Source: Thermoguttaceae bacterium (GTDB lineage: Bacteria > Planctomycetota > Planctomycetia > Pirellulales > Thermoguttaceae). From it: 64,000 nt of DNA. The notes under the pieces are model-generated. The model did not search any database. It worked only from the letters and a program-made list of their open reading frames with translations, and was not told the DNA's origin. The position numbers were made by a program, and so were the translations under genes. Positions 1 through 9,800 of this stretch are shown one piece after another (position 1 is the first letter of the stretch; each line of letters starts with the position of its first letter). The stretch covers positions 1,099 through 65,098 of the forward strand of contig JAFYQR010000093.1 of assembly GCA_017559825.1 (NCBI GenBank), in the 5' to 3' direction.

Positions 1-1490
1 GCGACCGAAACCGAGCCGGCGGCCGAATCGATCGGCTTCGTCAACGCTTCGCGGCGGCGCTTGTCGATCATATCGACGATCAAATTCAGCGCCGGGTCGT
101 TGAGCGAACGAGCGTAATTCGACGTCGCGGAGAAGACCGCCGCTTGCGCGGTTTCGTCGGCGGGACTTTTTTGAGCGGCGTAACGGCTGGCGTAGGAAAG
201 GATAAGCGCGCCGCAAGCCTCGACGAAATCGTGCGGCGCGAGAAGGTTGCCGTTCGACGCCGCGCCGACGTTGTAATAGTTGATCGCGACCGCGTTTCCG
301 TTCGGACGAACCTTAAGGAGCGTCGTCAGCGACGAAATCGCGGCGTCCCATTGCCCGCGAACCAACGAAATCAAGGCGCGATACGACGCGATAGCGTCCG
401 GCGTCTCTTGGCCGTAACTCGACGCTTCAAGCTCGTTTAAGAGCGTTTCCGCTTCGTCGACGCGATTCAAGTTGACGAGTAATTTGATTTTGAGGAGCGC
501 GGTTTCCGGCGAAATCGTCGACGCCGTTCGCGCCATTTGCTCGACGACGAGAAGAGCTCGCTCAAACTCTTTTTTCGCGAAGTAAGCGTAAGCCTCGTAA
601 AGATAAGCGTCTTGGACGGCTTGGAACGAGTTCGGGTCGTTTTGGTAACGACGGACGAATTCGTCCAAAACGCGAATCGCCTCGTCGAAATTCTGTTGGA
701 CGATTTGGAGCAACGCCCGTTGAACGACGACTTGACCGGCGACGTCGGCGGGAATTTCCGGCTCCGCGGCCAAGGCGTTCAGCTGCTTTTCGGCTTCTTG
801 GTAGTTTCCGGATTTGCCGACCGTCGCGGCTTTTTCGAGACGGCAAGTCCAACGAAGCGGCGACGTCGGATACTCGTTCAAGTTGCGGTCGAAGTACGTC
901 AGCGCCGCGGAGTACGCTCCCGCCTGCGCTTCGCAAACGCCGAGGTAATAGTAAACGTATTGAACGTAAGCGTCGTTCGGAAACTCGGTTAGGAACTTCG
1001 CGAAAAGCGGGCGCGCTTCCGAATATTGTCGCAAGTTGAAATAAGTGTGCGCGTTGTGGAACGTCGCCTCTTTGTAGTATTCGGCGTTTTTACCCTGTTC
1101 GATAATATACTGGAAATGCGCGCGAGCGAGCGCCGACTCCGCCGGGTCGACGAAATCGCCGAGCGCGAGATGGGCGTGCCCGTCGAACAGCTCCGCTTTA
1201 TTGCGGTTGGGCGACGCCGGATATTGCGCGATGAAAGCGTCGAATCGGCGGATCGCCTCCGCGTAATTTCCTTGACGGTGGAGTTCGAGCGCGTCGGCGA
1301 GAAGCGCGTCCTCCGTTTGCGTCGCCGAGGCGGTTTGAGCGAAAACGGCGAGACGGGGCGACTCGAACGACGGCGCGACGACGAAGAGCGCGGCGGTCAA
1401 CGCGGTTCCGAGGGAAAAAGTCGACGTCGCGAGCCGACGGCGTTTCGATTGACGTCGCGGAAAAACGTTCAAAACGGGGAAGGCGCTCAT
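1..1490 (-). CDS. TPR-repeat protein with N-terminal signal/anchor (C-terminus beyond left window edge)
   Basis: Absent from the ORF track because there is no stop inside the window. My translation of the minus strand from ATG 1490-1488 gives MSAFPVLNVFPRRQSKRRRLATSTFSLGTALTAALFVVAPS... and stays open to position 1. It contains repeated TPR-like helices (GNYAEAIRRFDAFIAQYPASP; YSEARPLFAKFLTEFPNDAYVQYVYYYLGVCEAQAGAY; GNYQEAEKQLNAL). Arg content is low, unlike the overlapping shadow ORFs. Confidence 0.75.
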   Translation of the reverse strand, partial: MSAFPVLNVFPRRQSKRRRLATSTFSLGTALTAALFVVAPSFESPRLAVFAQTASATQTEDALLADALELHRQGNYAEAIRRFDAFIAQYPASPNRNKAELFDGHAHLALGDFVDPAESALARAHFQYIIEQGKNAEYYKEATFHNAHTYFNLRQYSEARPLFAKFLTEFPNDAYVQYVYYYLGVCEAQAGAYSAALTYFDRNLNEYPTSPLRWTCRLEKAATVGKSGNYQEAEKQLNALAAEPEIPADVAGQVVVQRALLQIVQQNFDEAIRVLDEFVRRYQNDPNSFQAVQDAYLYEAYAYFAKKEFERALLVVEQMARTASTISPETALLKIKLLVNLNRVDEAETLLNELEASSYGQETPDAIASYRALISLVRGQWDAAISSLTTLLKVRPNGNAVAINYYNVGAASNGNLLAPHDFVEACGALILSYASRYAAQKSPADETAQAAVFSATSNYARSLNDPALNLIVDMIDKRRREALTKPIDSAAGSVSV

Positions 1491-1880
1491 AAGGCGATCT
1501 TTCGTCTCTTGTCGATGCGAAAAAATGGAAAAAAGGAAAGGGGCGGAAACGCGAAAAAGCGGAGGCGCGGAGGACGCGTCGAACTTTCGTCGCCGACGGA
1601 AACGGCGTCGGCGTCAGACGCGTCGGGACGAAACGCCTCCTAATAAACAGTATACCCAATTTCTTTTGCCGCGCCAAGACCGTTTTGTTGAATTTTTCTA
1701 TTTTGCCTAAATTTCTTATCTTGGAATTTGCGGATTAAAACGACGGCGAAGCGGGCGCTTGGCGGCGAATAGGAAACGTCGCGCGGAAACGAAAAGGCGA
1801 CTTGTCGCGAGTTGGCGAAACGTCGGCGGCAAAATTCGGAGAAAAACGGAGAAAAACGACCGTAGCGCTCGCGGCGCCGC

Positions 1881-1909
1881 TTGAGATTTCGCCGTCGAAC
1901 CTTTATAAT
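1881..1909 (+). promoter_or_regulatory. sigma-70-like promoter upstream of hydrogenase gene
   Basis: TTGAGA (1881-1886), 17-nt spacer, TATAAT (1904-1909), about 70 nt upstream of ATG 1979. Confidence 0.5.
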
Positions 1910-1978
1910 CGACGGCAATACGAGCGTCGTCGAAAAACGGCGAACGAAAAGATTAAAACGGACGAAGGGAGAATCGAG

Positions 1979-3673
1979 ATGAAACGGAACGAGGAGAGAA
2001 CGGCGGAAACGCTCGAAAACGCGGCGAACGAAACGCGGATTCCGCGTCGGCAAGCGCTGAAAACCGGGGCGCTCGGTTTGGCGTCGGCGACGTTTTCGAC
2101 AAGCGTTTTCGCTCAGGGCGGCGGACGCGGACGCGGTTTTCAGCCGATTCTCGACCGCGTCGCTCCGAACGCGGCGGCAAACGGAGGCGCGGACGACGAA
2201 TTTCCTTATCATCTCGACGGCTGTAAAACATTTAGCGAATATAAAGCGTTGCGCAAACGCGAGCGTCGTCCCTGCGACCCGGTCGTCGTCGAGGCGGACA
2301 GCCCGTCGCTGACGTACGAGCGGCGGCGTTGCGCGAACTGCGGGCGGTGCGACGAAGCGTGTATGGCGCAAACGATTTCGCACTGGTACCGCCGCGACGC
2401 GTTAAAAGACGGCGTTTCGACAATCTGCGTAAACTGCGGGCAATGCGTAACCGCGTGCAAGTTCAACGTTCTGCACGAGCGGCTCGATTACGTCGAGGTC
2501 GCGTCGGCGATTCGAGAAGTCGCGTTGGCGGCGCAAAACGAGTCGACCGGCGAAAACGGGAAAGAGACGCGAACTTTCGTCGCGACGACGGCCCCGGCGC
2601 TCCGCGTTTCGCTCGGCGAAATGTTTGGACTCGAACCGGGCGCGAGCCTTGAAGCGAAGCTCGCGGCGGCGTTGCGGTTGATCGGTTTCGACTTCGTTTT
2701 CGACGCGACGTTCGGCGCCGACTTGACGATCGAGGAAGAGTCGCGGGAACTTTGGGCGCGCCTGAACGAATCGAACGCGGCGCCGCTTTTCACCTCCTGC
2801 TGCCCGTCTTGGGTGAAGTTCGTTGAGACGTTTTATCCGGAGTTCATCCCGAATTTATCGACGACGCGGAGCCCGCTCCTGTCGCAAGGCGCGGCGATCA
2901 AAACGCGTTTCGCCGAGGAAAAAGGGCTCGATCCGGCGACGATAACGCACGTCGCGTTCGTTCCTTGCGTTGGGAAAAAGTTCGAGGCGACGCTTCCGAA
3001 CGCGAACGCGGCGGGGCGGTATTGGAAAAACGACAAGATTCGCGATCTTGATTTCGCGCTGACGACCCGCGAACTCGCCTCTTGGCTGATGCAAACCGAC
3101 GTCGATCCGGCGGCGCTCGACGACGAGCCGTTCGACTCGACGCTCGGGAACGGAAGCGGCGCCGGGAAAATTTTCGGCGCGACCGGCGGCGTCGCGGAGG
3201 CGGCCCTTCGCAACCTTTGGAAAGTCGTCGAAGGAACCGATCCGCCGGCGGAACTCTTGAAATTTGAACCGCTTCGGGGAACGAAGGCGTTGAAGACGGC
3301 GACGGTCGAGATCGGCGGCAAAACGGTTCGCGTCGCGGTCGCGAGCGGGCTGGCGGCGGCGCGTCCGCTATTGGAAACGCTGAAAACGACCGGCAAAATC
3401 GACTTCGATTTCGTCGAAGTAATGGCGTGCCCGGGCGGTTGCATCGGGGGCGGCGGCCAGCCGAAGATCGGCGGAATGCGGCGCCCGGACGACGCTTGGC
3501 GGCAACAGCGCGCCGACGGTCTTTTCGACGGCGACGCCAAGGTCGCGCTCCGAACGAGCGGCGATAATCCGGAAATTCAAGCGTTTTACCGCGACTTCGT
3601 CGGAGAACCGCTCGGCGAACGCGCTAAGTCGCTGTTTCACACGACGTTCGAAAAGCGCGACGTTTGGAAGTAA
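1979..3673 (+). CDS. hydA: [FeFe]-hydrogenase catalytic subunit with twin-arginine signal and fused small-subunit-like tail
   Basis: Track ORF 1802..3673. The first 59 codons start at TTG and are Arg/Lys-rich, so I prefer ATG 1979, which is preceded by GAAGGGAG. Tat motif: IPRRQALKTGALGLASATFSTSVFA. Two CxxCxxCxxxC motifs (CANCGRCDEAC, CVNCGQCVTAC). H-cluster motifs: FTSCCPSW, VPCVGKKFE, VEVMACPGGCIGGGGQP. The C-terminal segment DNPEIQAFYRDFVGEP resembles the hydrogenase small-subunit domain. Confidence 0.9.
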   Translation: MKRNEERTAETLENAANETRIPRRQALKTGALGLASATFSTSVFAQGGGRGRGFQPILDRVAPNAAANGGADDEFPYHLDGCKTFSEYKALRKRERRPCDPVVVEADSPSLTYERRRCANCGRCDEACMAQTISHWYRRDALKDGVSTICVNCGQCVTACKFNVLHERLDYVEVASAIREVALAAQNESTGENGKETRTFVATTAPALRVSLGEMFGLEPGASLEAKLAAALRLIGFDFVFDATFGADLTIEEESRELWARLNESNAAPLFTSCCPSWVKFVETFYPEFIPNLSTTRSPLLSQGAAIKTRFAEEKGLDPATITHVAFVPCVGKKFEATLPNANAAGRYWKNDKIRDLDFALTTRELASWLMQTDVDPAALDDEPFDSTLGNGSGAGKIFGATGGVAEAALRNLWKVVEGTDPPAELLKFEPLRGTKALKTATVEIGGKTVRVAVASGLAAARPLLETLKTTGKIDFDFVEVMACPGGCIGGGGQPKIGGMRRPDDAWRQQRADGLFDGDAKVALRTSGDNPEIQAFYRDFVGEPLGERAKSLFHTTFEKRDVWK

Positions 3674-3732
3674 CGTCGGCGGAACGGCGCGACGACAAAT
3701 CGTTTCGTCGTTGTTAAATTAACGTTTGAGGG

Positions 3733-3761
3733 AACGCTCGTCGATGGACGAGCGTTTTTTT
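3733..3761 (+). terminator. rho-independent terminator after hydA
   Basis: Perfect 10-bp stem aacgctcgtc / gacgagcgtt with loop gatg, followed by a T-run (to 3761). Confidence 0.75.
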
Positions 3762-3857
3762 ACGCGGTAAAACAACCTCCCCGGGGGGATGGGCGGCGAC
3801 GGCGGAACCCCCGGGGGAGGACGCGGTTTCGCTTCGAAAAAAATTTGCGAGTCGCGT

Positions 3858-3886
3858 TTGATTTTTCGGCGCGAAGTCGGTATAAT
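3858..3886 (+). promoter_or_regulatory. sigma-70-like promoter
   Basis: TTGATT (3858-3863), 17-nt spacer, TATAAT (3881-3886), about 90 nt upstream of ATG 3975. Confidence 0.5.
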
Positions 3887-3974
3887 AATAACGCGGAGCG
3901 TTTCGGACGATTGCCGTTCGTTTCCGCGTTTTGTCGTATTGTCGAACAACGTTTAACCAACGAGGATTAGAATA

Positions 3975-4841
3975 ATGGCGAAAACGAACGCGAACGCGCC
4001 CGCCGGGCCTTGGCGCGAAGGTCGTCCCTCTTTCAAAGCGTTTTATCCGGAAATCGTTTTTTTAACGATAGTTACGATCGCTTTTATCGCGTTGGCCGCG
4101 CGGCTTAGCTGTTCCGAAACGAAGCCGACTGCGGAAAACGCCGAGCCGACGCCCGTTTCGTCCGCGACGTTATTCTCGGCGCCGCAAGCGTTTGCGCAAG
4201 AAGTCTCGCTCGACGCTCCGGTGGCGGCCGAGGAGACGCTCGCGCCGCAAACCGACGACGTTTCCGCCGCGTCGGGCGCCGATTTAAACGCATCCGTCGC
4301 GGCTCCGACCGAGGATGTCGTCGAAACGCCCGCGCCGGTCGAAGAAACCGTCGAACCCGCCGCGCCGCAAAAGGCGAAATCGGCTTTGCCCGCGAGAATT
4401 TTGGCAATTTGGGGCGTCTGCCTCGGGATTCCGGCGCTCCTTTGGATTTGGCGCGCTTGGAATTGGCTCGTCGCGGTTTACGGCGTCCGTTTTGAAATTC
4501 GTTGCGACGCCGACAATCCGAAAGCGACGACGTTTTTGGTAACTCGCGGAATTTTCAACAAGAAGACGGACTCTCTGCACATCGCGCAAATTAAGGATAT
4601 TCAAAGTTTGCAAAGCCTTTGGCAGAAATACTTTCAAGGCGGCGTCGGCACGATTCGCCTGACGACGAGCGACGTGAGCGACCCGGTTCTCGAAATGAAG
4701 CATATGGACGAGCCGAGCCGCGTTTTCAATGCCTTGGACGCGTTGCGTCGTCATTATTGGGGACGCGGCGGCATGCAGGTCAACGCCGACGGTTCCGAAC
4801 TTCCTCTCGCCGGAACCGAAACCGACGACGTCGCAATGTAA
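3975..4841 (+). CDS. membrane protein with bacterial PH (YdbS/YdbT-like, bPH_2) domain
   Basis: ATG preceded by GAGGA. TM helix IVFLTIVTIAFIALAA, an acidic Ala/Pro/Glu linker, a second hydrophobic hairpin (ILAIWGVCLGIPALLWIW) and then FLVTRGIFNKKTDSLHIAQIKDIQSLQSLWQKYFQGGVGTIRLTTSD, which is typical of bPH_2 domains (from memory). Confidence 0.7.
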   Translation: MAKTNANAPAGPWREGRPSFKAFYPEIVFLTIVTIAFIALAARLSCSETKPTAENAEPTPVSSATLFSAPQAFAQEVSLDAPVAAEETLAPQTDDVSAASGADLNASVAAPTEDVVETPAPVEETVEPAAPQKAKSALPARILAIWGVCLGIPALLWIWRAWNWLVAVYGVRFEIRCDADNPKATTFLVTRGIFNKKTDSLHIAQIKDIQSLQSLWQKYFQGGVGTIRLTTSDVSDPVLEMKHMDEPSRVFNALDALRRHYWGRGGMQVNADGSELPLAGTETDDVAM

Positions 4842-4975
4842 AATCGACGCTTTCGAGCGTTAAGAAACGCGCCGCTGACGAAAAAACGCGTCGTTATTTT
4901 GTTGGCTCGACGTTCGGAACAAACGAGCGTCGAGCCTTTTAAAGTTTAATAAGTCGAGTAATCGAAAGGAATTAT

Positions 4976-6763
4976 ATGAAACGAACATTCTCGAAAGCGG
5001 CGGCGACGGTCGCGACGCTTTTCGCGGCGCTTCCTCTTGTTGCGTCGGGCGACGAAGCGCGTTGGACGTTGCGCAACATTCCGCGCGAAAAGGTAACGGT
5101 CGTCGCGCACCGCGGCGCGGGCGATTTGGCGCCGGAAAACTGTATGTCGTCTCTTGAAATGACTTGGGAGATGGGCGGAACGCCGGAAGTCGACGTGCGT
5201 TCGACGAAAGACGGGCGAATTTTGATGTTTCACGACGGCAACTTCGCTCGCGTTTGTCCGAACGCGTCCGCCGAACTTAAAGCGAAGGGCGTCGAGGACT
5301 TAACGTTCGACGAAGCCCGCGCGCTCGATATCGGTTCCTTCCGCGGCGAACAATTCAAAGGCGAAAAAATCATTTCGATCGAAGAAATTTGCGACGCGTT
5401 GAAAAAGAATAATCGACGCCGTATCGTGATCGACGTAAAAAACGTCGATTTTGAACAACTTGCGAAAGCCGTTTACGACGTGCGGTTCCAAGTAACGTTG
5501 ACGTCCGGCGCCGAAGCGCACCTCGAACGTTGGGCGGAAGTTTGCCCGAACGCCGACGCGACGCTTTGGATGGGGCTCGGCAAAATGAAGGACGCCGACG
5601 TCGAAGCGCGTTTTGAAAAATTGCGCGCCAATAACTTTAAGGGAATCAACCGTTTGCAAATTCACGTAACGAAAGACGCCGACGGGAATCCGCAGCCGTC
5701 GCTCGCTTGTTTACGTAAGGTCGCCGACGAGCTTCGCGCTCGCGGAATCGAATTCCAAACGATGGCGTGGCGGACGAAAACGTGCCCCGACCTAGCGACC
5801 GACGTCGCGTTCCACAAGGCGCTGATGGACGCCGGTTCCGCCGGTTTCGGCGCCGACCGTCCGGACGTTACGTTCCAAGCGCTCGACGAATATTACGCGG
5901 AAGTCCCCGCCGATTGGAACGTTAAGCAAAATTTGCCGTTCTCGGAAATCCTCGTGCAAGGGCACCGCGGTATGGGCGGCGAAGCGCCGGAAGGGACGCT
6001 CGAAACCTTCCGCGCCGCGTGGGCGATCAACGTCGTGCCGGAAGCCGATATTCGCATGACGAAAGACGGCGTCATTATGTCCTTTCACGACAACAACTTC
6101 AAACGCATCATCCCGGACGCGCCGGAAGACGTGAAGAAGCTCGGCGTCAAAGATTTCACTTACGAAGAGTGCCGCAAACTCGACGTCGGCGCGTATATGG
6201 GCGAAGCGTTTAAAGGTCAGCAAATGGCCGACTTAGACGAGATGATCGCCGCGTTGCAAGAAGACCCGCGCCGCTTGATTTTCTTCGACGTGAAGCAAGT
6301 CGACTTCGCGGTCTTGGCGAGAGCGACCGAAGCGGTTCACCCGCAAATCATTTTGGCCAGTTCTAAGTACGACGAAATCAAGGCTTGGAAGAAGGTTGCG
6401 CCGCGTTCGAAGGCGATGCTTTGGATGCCGACGACTTGGAACGGAACCGCCGACGACCTGAAAGACCGTTTCGACAAAATTCGCGACGAAAACTTCGCCG
6501 ACCTCGACGCGTTGCAAGTCCATGTCGTCGTTGACGATAAGGGCGAAGTGAAACCGACGCTCGACGTGTTGCGTTACTGCGGAACCGAGTTGCGCAAACG
6601 CGGCGTTACGTTCGAAACGTTGTCGTGGACGAACGGCGATAAGGCGTCGACTTATTGGACGCTTCTCGACGCCGGGTGCGCTTCCTTCGCGACCGACTAC
6701 CCGACCGCGACGATGAAAGCGATCGGCGAGTATTACGCGCAAGAAAACGAAGAAAAGAAATAA
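4976..6763 (+). CDS. secreted protein with two tandem glycerophosphodiester phosphodiesterase (GDPD) domains
   Basis: Signal peptide MKRTFSKAAATVATLFAALPLVASG. Two copies of the GDPD signature (VVAHRGAGDLAPEN...EVDVRSTKDGRILMFHD and VQGHRGMGGEAPEG...EADIRMTKDGVIMSFHD), each followed by similar KxVDFxxL segments. Confidence 0.85.
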   Translation: MKRTFSKAAATVATLFAALPLVASGDEARWTLRNIPREKVTVVAHRGAGDLAPENCMSSLEMTWEMGGTPEVDVRSTKDGRILMFHDGNFARVCPNASAELKAKGVEDLTFDEARALDIGSFRGEQFKGEKIISIEEICDALKKNNRRRIVIDVKNVDFEQLAKAVYDVRFQVTLTSGAEAHLERWAEVCPNADATLWMGLGKMKDADVEARFEKLRANNFKGINRLQIHVTKDADGNPQPSLACLRKVADELRARGIEFQTMAWRTKTCPDLATDVAFHKALMDAGSAGFGADRPDVTFQALDEYYAEVPADWNVKQNLPFSEILVQGHRGMGGEAPEGTLETFRAAWAINVVPEADIRMTKDGVIMSFHDNNFKRIIPDAPEDVKKLGVKDFTYEECRKLDVGAYMGEAFKGQQMADLDEMIAALQEDPRRLIFFDVKQVDFAVLARATEAVHPQIILASSKYDEIKAWKKVAPRSKAMLWMPTTWNGTADDLKDRFDKIRDENFADLDALQVHVVVDDKGEVKPTLDVLRYCGTELRKRGVTFETLSWTNGDKASTYWTLLDAGCASFATDYPTATMKAIGEYYAQENEEKK

Positions 6764-6795
6764 TGCAAACGACGTAAAGACAACGTTTGCGTAAC

Positions 6796-6836
6796 AAGAA
6801 AGGTCGAGCGTCGCGAACGGCGCCCGACCTTTTTTA
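6796..6836. terminator. hairpin between convergent genes (GDPD / A2M)
   Basis: aggtcgagcg (6801-6810) pairs with cgcccgacct (6821-6830) with one mismatch. T-run 6830-6835 and an A-rich stretch upstream. Confidence 0.5.
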
Positions 6837-6854
6837 ACGCCTCAACCTAACGAA

Positions 6855-9800
6855 TTACTTGGCGTCGCCGATTTCGCGGTCGAGAACGTTCGCCTTGAAC
6901 TCGTCGGAATTTCCTTTAAGTTCCGGCGCGTACATCGCTTCGACGCGAGTCGGGAGCGCGGAGAAACGCCCCGGCGTCTCGGCGCGCAGCCGATACGAAA
7001 CGGTCGTTCGGCCTTGCGGAATTCGCGACGCGAAGAAGCAAACGCGGTCGTCTCGGTATTCGACGTAAGCGCCGAGATTGTTGCCGTTATAACCGCTCGT
7101 CGTTTCGACCGGCTCGTATCCGGCGGCCTTGCGATCTTCGAGCAAAATCGACTCGTACTCGTTCTTGCTTTCGAGCGTCAACTCGACTTCGATAAGATCG
7201 CCGGAAGCAACGGCGGCGCCGGAGTTTAGCGCGATTCTTTCGAAACGTTCGACGCGTTGCGAAACCGCTTGGCCGCGTCCGCCTTCGACGAGCGCCGTCG
7301 CGTCCTTTTTCGGAACGAGCTTGTAATAACGTCGCTCGACTTTCACTTCGAGCCCGGCCTTTTCGATCGGGTCTTCGAGCGTGAAGAATTCGAGGTAAGC
7401 GTTATAATACAACGGGTTCGTTCCGGTCGTCCGCAAGACGATTTCGCGGTCGCCGGACGCGATTTGCGTCGCGTCGAGAACGAGCGTTCCGTCCGTTTCG
7501 AAGAGCGTTTCCGGCAAATATTCGACCGTTTTACGCAGTTCGCCGTCGACGTAAACATCGACTTTCGAAACGGTTGCGAGTTCGTCGGTTTGGCGCAAAT
7601 ATTCGACGAACGCTTCGACGCAGATCGCGGCGTCGCGCGTCGAATTCCAGTAAGTCGCGTGTTTGCGGTTGTTAAGCAAATACTTGACGAGGCGCGGCGC
7701 GTCGTCGGCGATTCCGAGATCGCGGAGCGTTTCGACGTCGACGCGGCTTAACAGCTTCAAATAAAAGGCTTGCGTCTCAAATTCGGAGCCGTGCCAACGC
7801 CAAAAATACCAACCGGGAACGCGTCCTAAATCAAGCCAAACCGTTTGGTTTTCGTCGTCGACTTGGCGATACTGCGACAAACGACGCAAAATCGTTTCGA
7901 CGCGAGACTTAGCGACGTCGCGCGATTCGGCGAGTTCCGGCGTTTGACCTTGCGTCGCCGTCTTCGTTTCGTCGTCGAGCGCGAGCGCAAACATCGAAAG
8001 CGGATAGAGTTGCAACTCGGTTCGCGCTTCCCAAAGGAACTCTTTCATCGTCGCGAAGAGTTCGGCTGGGTTCGCGGAAATGTCGACGTTTTCCGGCTCC
8101 GCCGTATTGACAAAGGTTTCCTCGAACGGAACCGGACGGATTCCCGCTTCGGATAACGTGTAGTAAACGAAAGCGTCCGCTTCGTCGGCGCCGTTTTTAT
8201 AAAGGCTCCAAGCGTTCGATTTCGCTTTGCGTTCGTCGCTCCAAACTTTGCCGCGCAAAATTTTAAGCGCTTCATCGCGTTGATAGTTTTGGAGCCAAGC
8301 GATCCCGTTTTGGAGCGCGTGTTCCGGAACCGCTTGGTCGTTGGCGCGCGCCAAAACGAGTCCGCGAACGACGAGCGCGGTCATTTCCGCCGTCGAACGT
8401 TCGCCGACGCCGGAGAACCAGCCCCAACCGCCGTCGTCGCATTGCGCCGCGACGAGTTTGTCGACGCCGATTTGCGCGAGTTCGCGCGCTTTGTCGACGT
8501 CGTAAACCGCTTCGTGCGAAGCGTTGCGAGCCCACTGCGCGGCGCGTTCCTTGGCGTCGCCGAGTTCCTGCGCGTTCAAGTTCGCCCGTTTTTCTTTGAG
8601 CGACGCCAAGTCGACGCCGGAATCGAGGAGCGCTTTTTGCGCGATAACCAACGGAAGGAAACGGTTTAGCGTTTGCTCGTTGCAGCCGTAAGGGTACTCG
8701 ATCATATACGGAAGCGCGTCGAAAATCGCCCCGGCGAGCGTCGGCGAGAAACGGACGGTCAATTTCGTCGTTTCGGGACGTCGCGCTTCCGGAACGGTCA
8801 AGCGGAACTTCGCTTCGCGCGGCGTTTTAGCGTCTTGCGAAGTATCATCGACGGCGGGGATCATACCCGATACGGCGACTTGCTTCGACATGCCGCGTTC
8901 CAAAATCGGGAGCGTTTCTTGAACCGCGTCCGACTCTTCGTCGGTCAACGCTTTCATCGTAAGCCTCGCTTCGCCGACGTTTTGCGCTTTGACAAGCCAG
9001 TCGACGCGCGCTTCGCCGGACGCCGGAACGACGACGGTTCGCGTCGCGGCGTTCGTTCCGATTCCCGGAGCGTTCAGCGCGGCTCCGTCGGCGTTTTCGA
9101 CGAGCGTAAGTCGCGGCGAATCGTCGTTTTCCGCGTCGAGTTCGAGCGAAACTTGAACCGTTTTTTCGGAATCAAGGTAGTTGTGAACGATCGCCGAAAG
9201 AACCGCTTCGTCGTTTTGCGTCAGGAAGCGCGGCTTTTGCATACGGACGATAACGTCTTTACGCGAAACGAATTCCGATGTTCCGGAACCGACGCGCAAC
9301 CCGGCGCCGACCGACCACGCGGCGACTTTCCACGTCGTTAAGTTTTCCGGCGTCTCGACTTCCAGCTCGATAACGCCGTCGTCGTTCGGGAGCAAGTTCG
9401 CGCCCCAAAACGCTAAGTCGGCGAGATTTTTACGCGTTGTCGCTTCTACGAACGCCGGCGCTTGCGCGCTTTGCGAGGAAGAGCCGCCCGCTTCGACAGC
9501 GACGTCGGCGACGGCTTCTCTCCGACGCATTGCGTTGTTGGCGCTCGACTTAAAGACGGCTCCGCCGACCATTCCGCCCGCCGCCATTGCGGGAGCGGGA
9601 GCCGCCGCCATCATCGTCGGGGCCGCGCGCGCGGCCCCCATCGCCATCGGCGCGGCGTCCATTTCCATCGCCGCTTCTTCGACGACGGCGAAATCTTCCA
9701 CATCGCCGTTCATTGGTAAAGCGTTGGAAGAAGCGAACATAGTTCCGCCAAAGACGCCAAGGTCGCGCATATTGATTTCGACGCCTTCCGGGATTCGGAA

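Noticed and set aside
1802-1978. N-terminal extensions of track ORFs (also 18489..18695, 36019..36132, 42016..42108, 47438..47515, 35432..35443, 31624..31629)
   Set aside because: The extensions begin at TTG/GTG, are Arg/Lys-rich and lack SD sequences. Internal ATGs with SD-like sequences give canonical N-termini: a Tat signal, the GIDVGTSG kinase start, signal peptides and the RdgB start.
3719-3949. 76-aa ORF with a PPPGVPPSPPIPPG stretch in the hydA downstream spacer
   Set aside because: The Pro/Gly run is the translation of the GC-rich hairpin arms. The ORF spans a terminator and a promoter, lacks an SD and has shadow-type composition.
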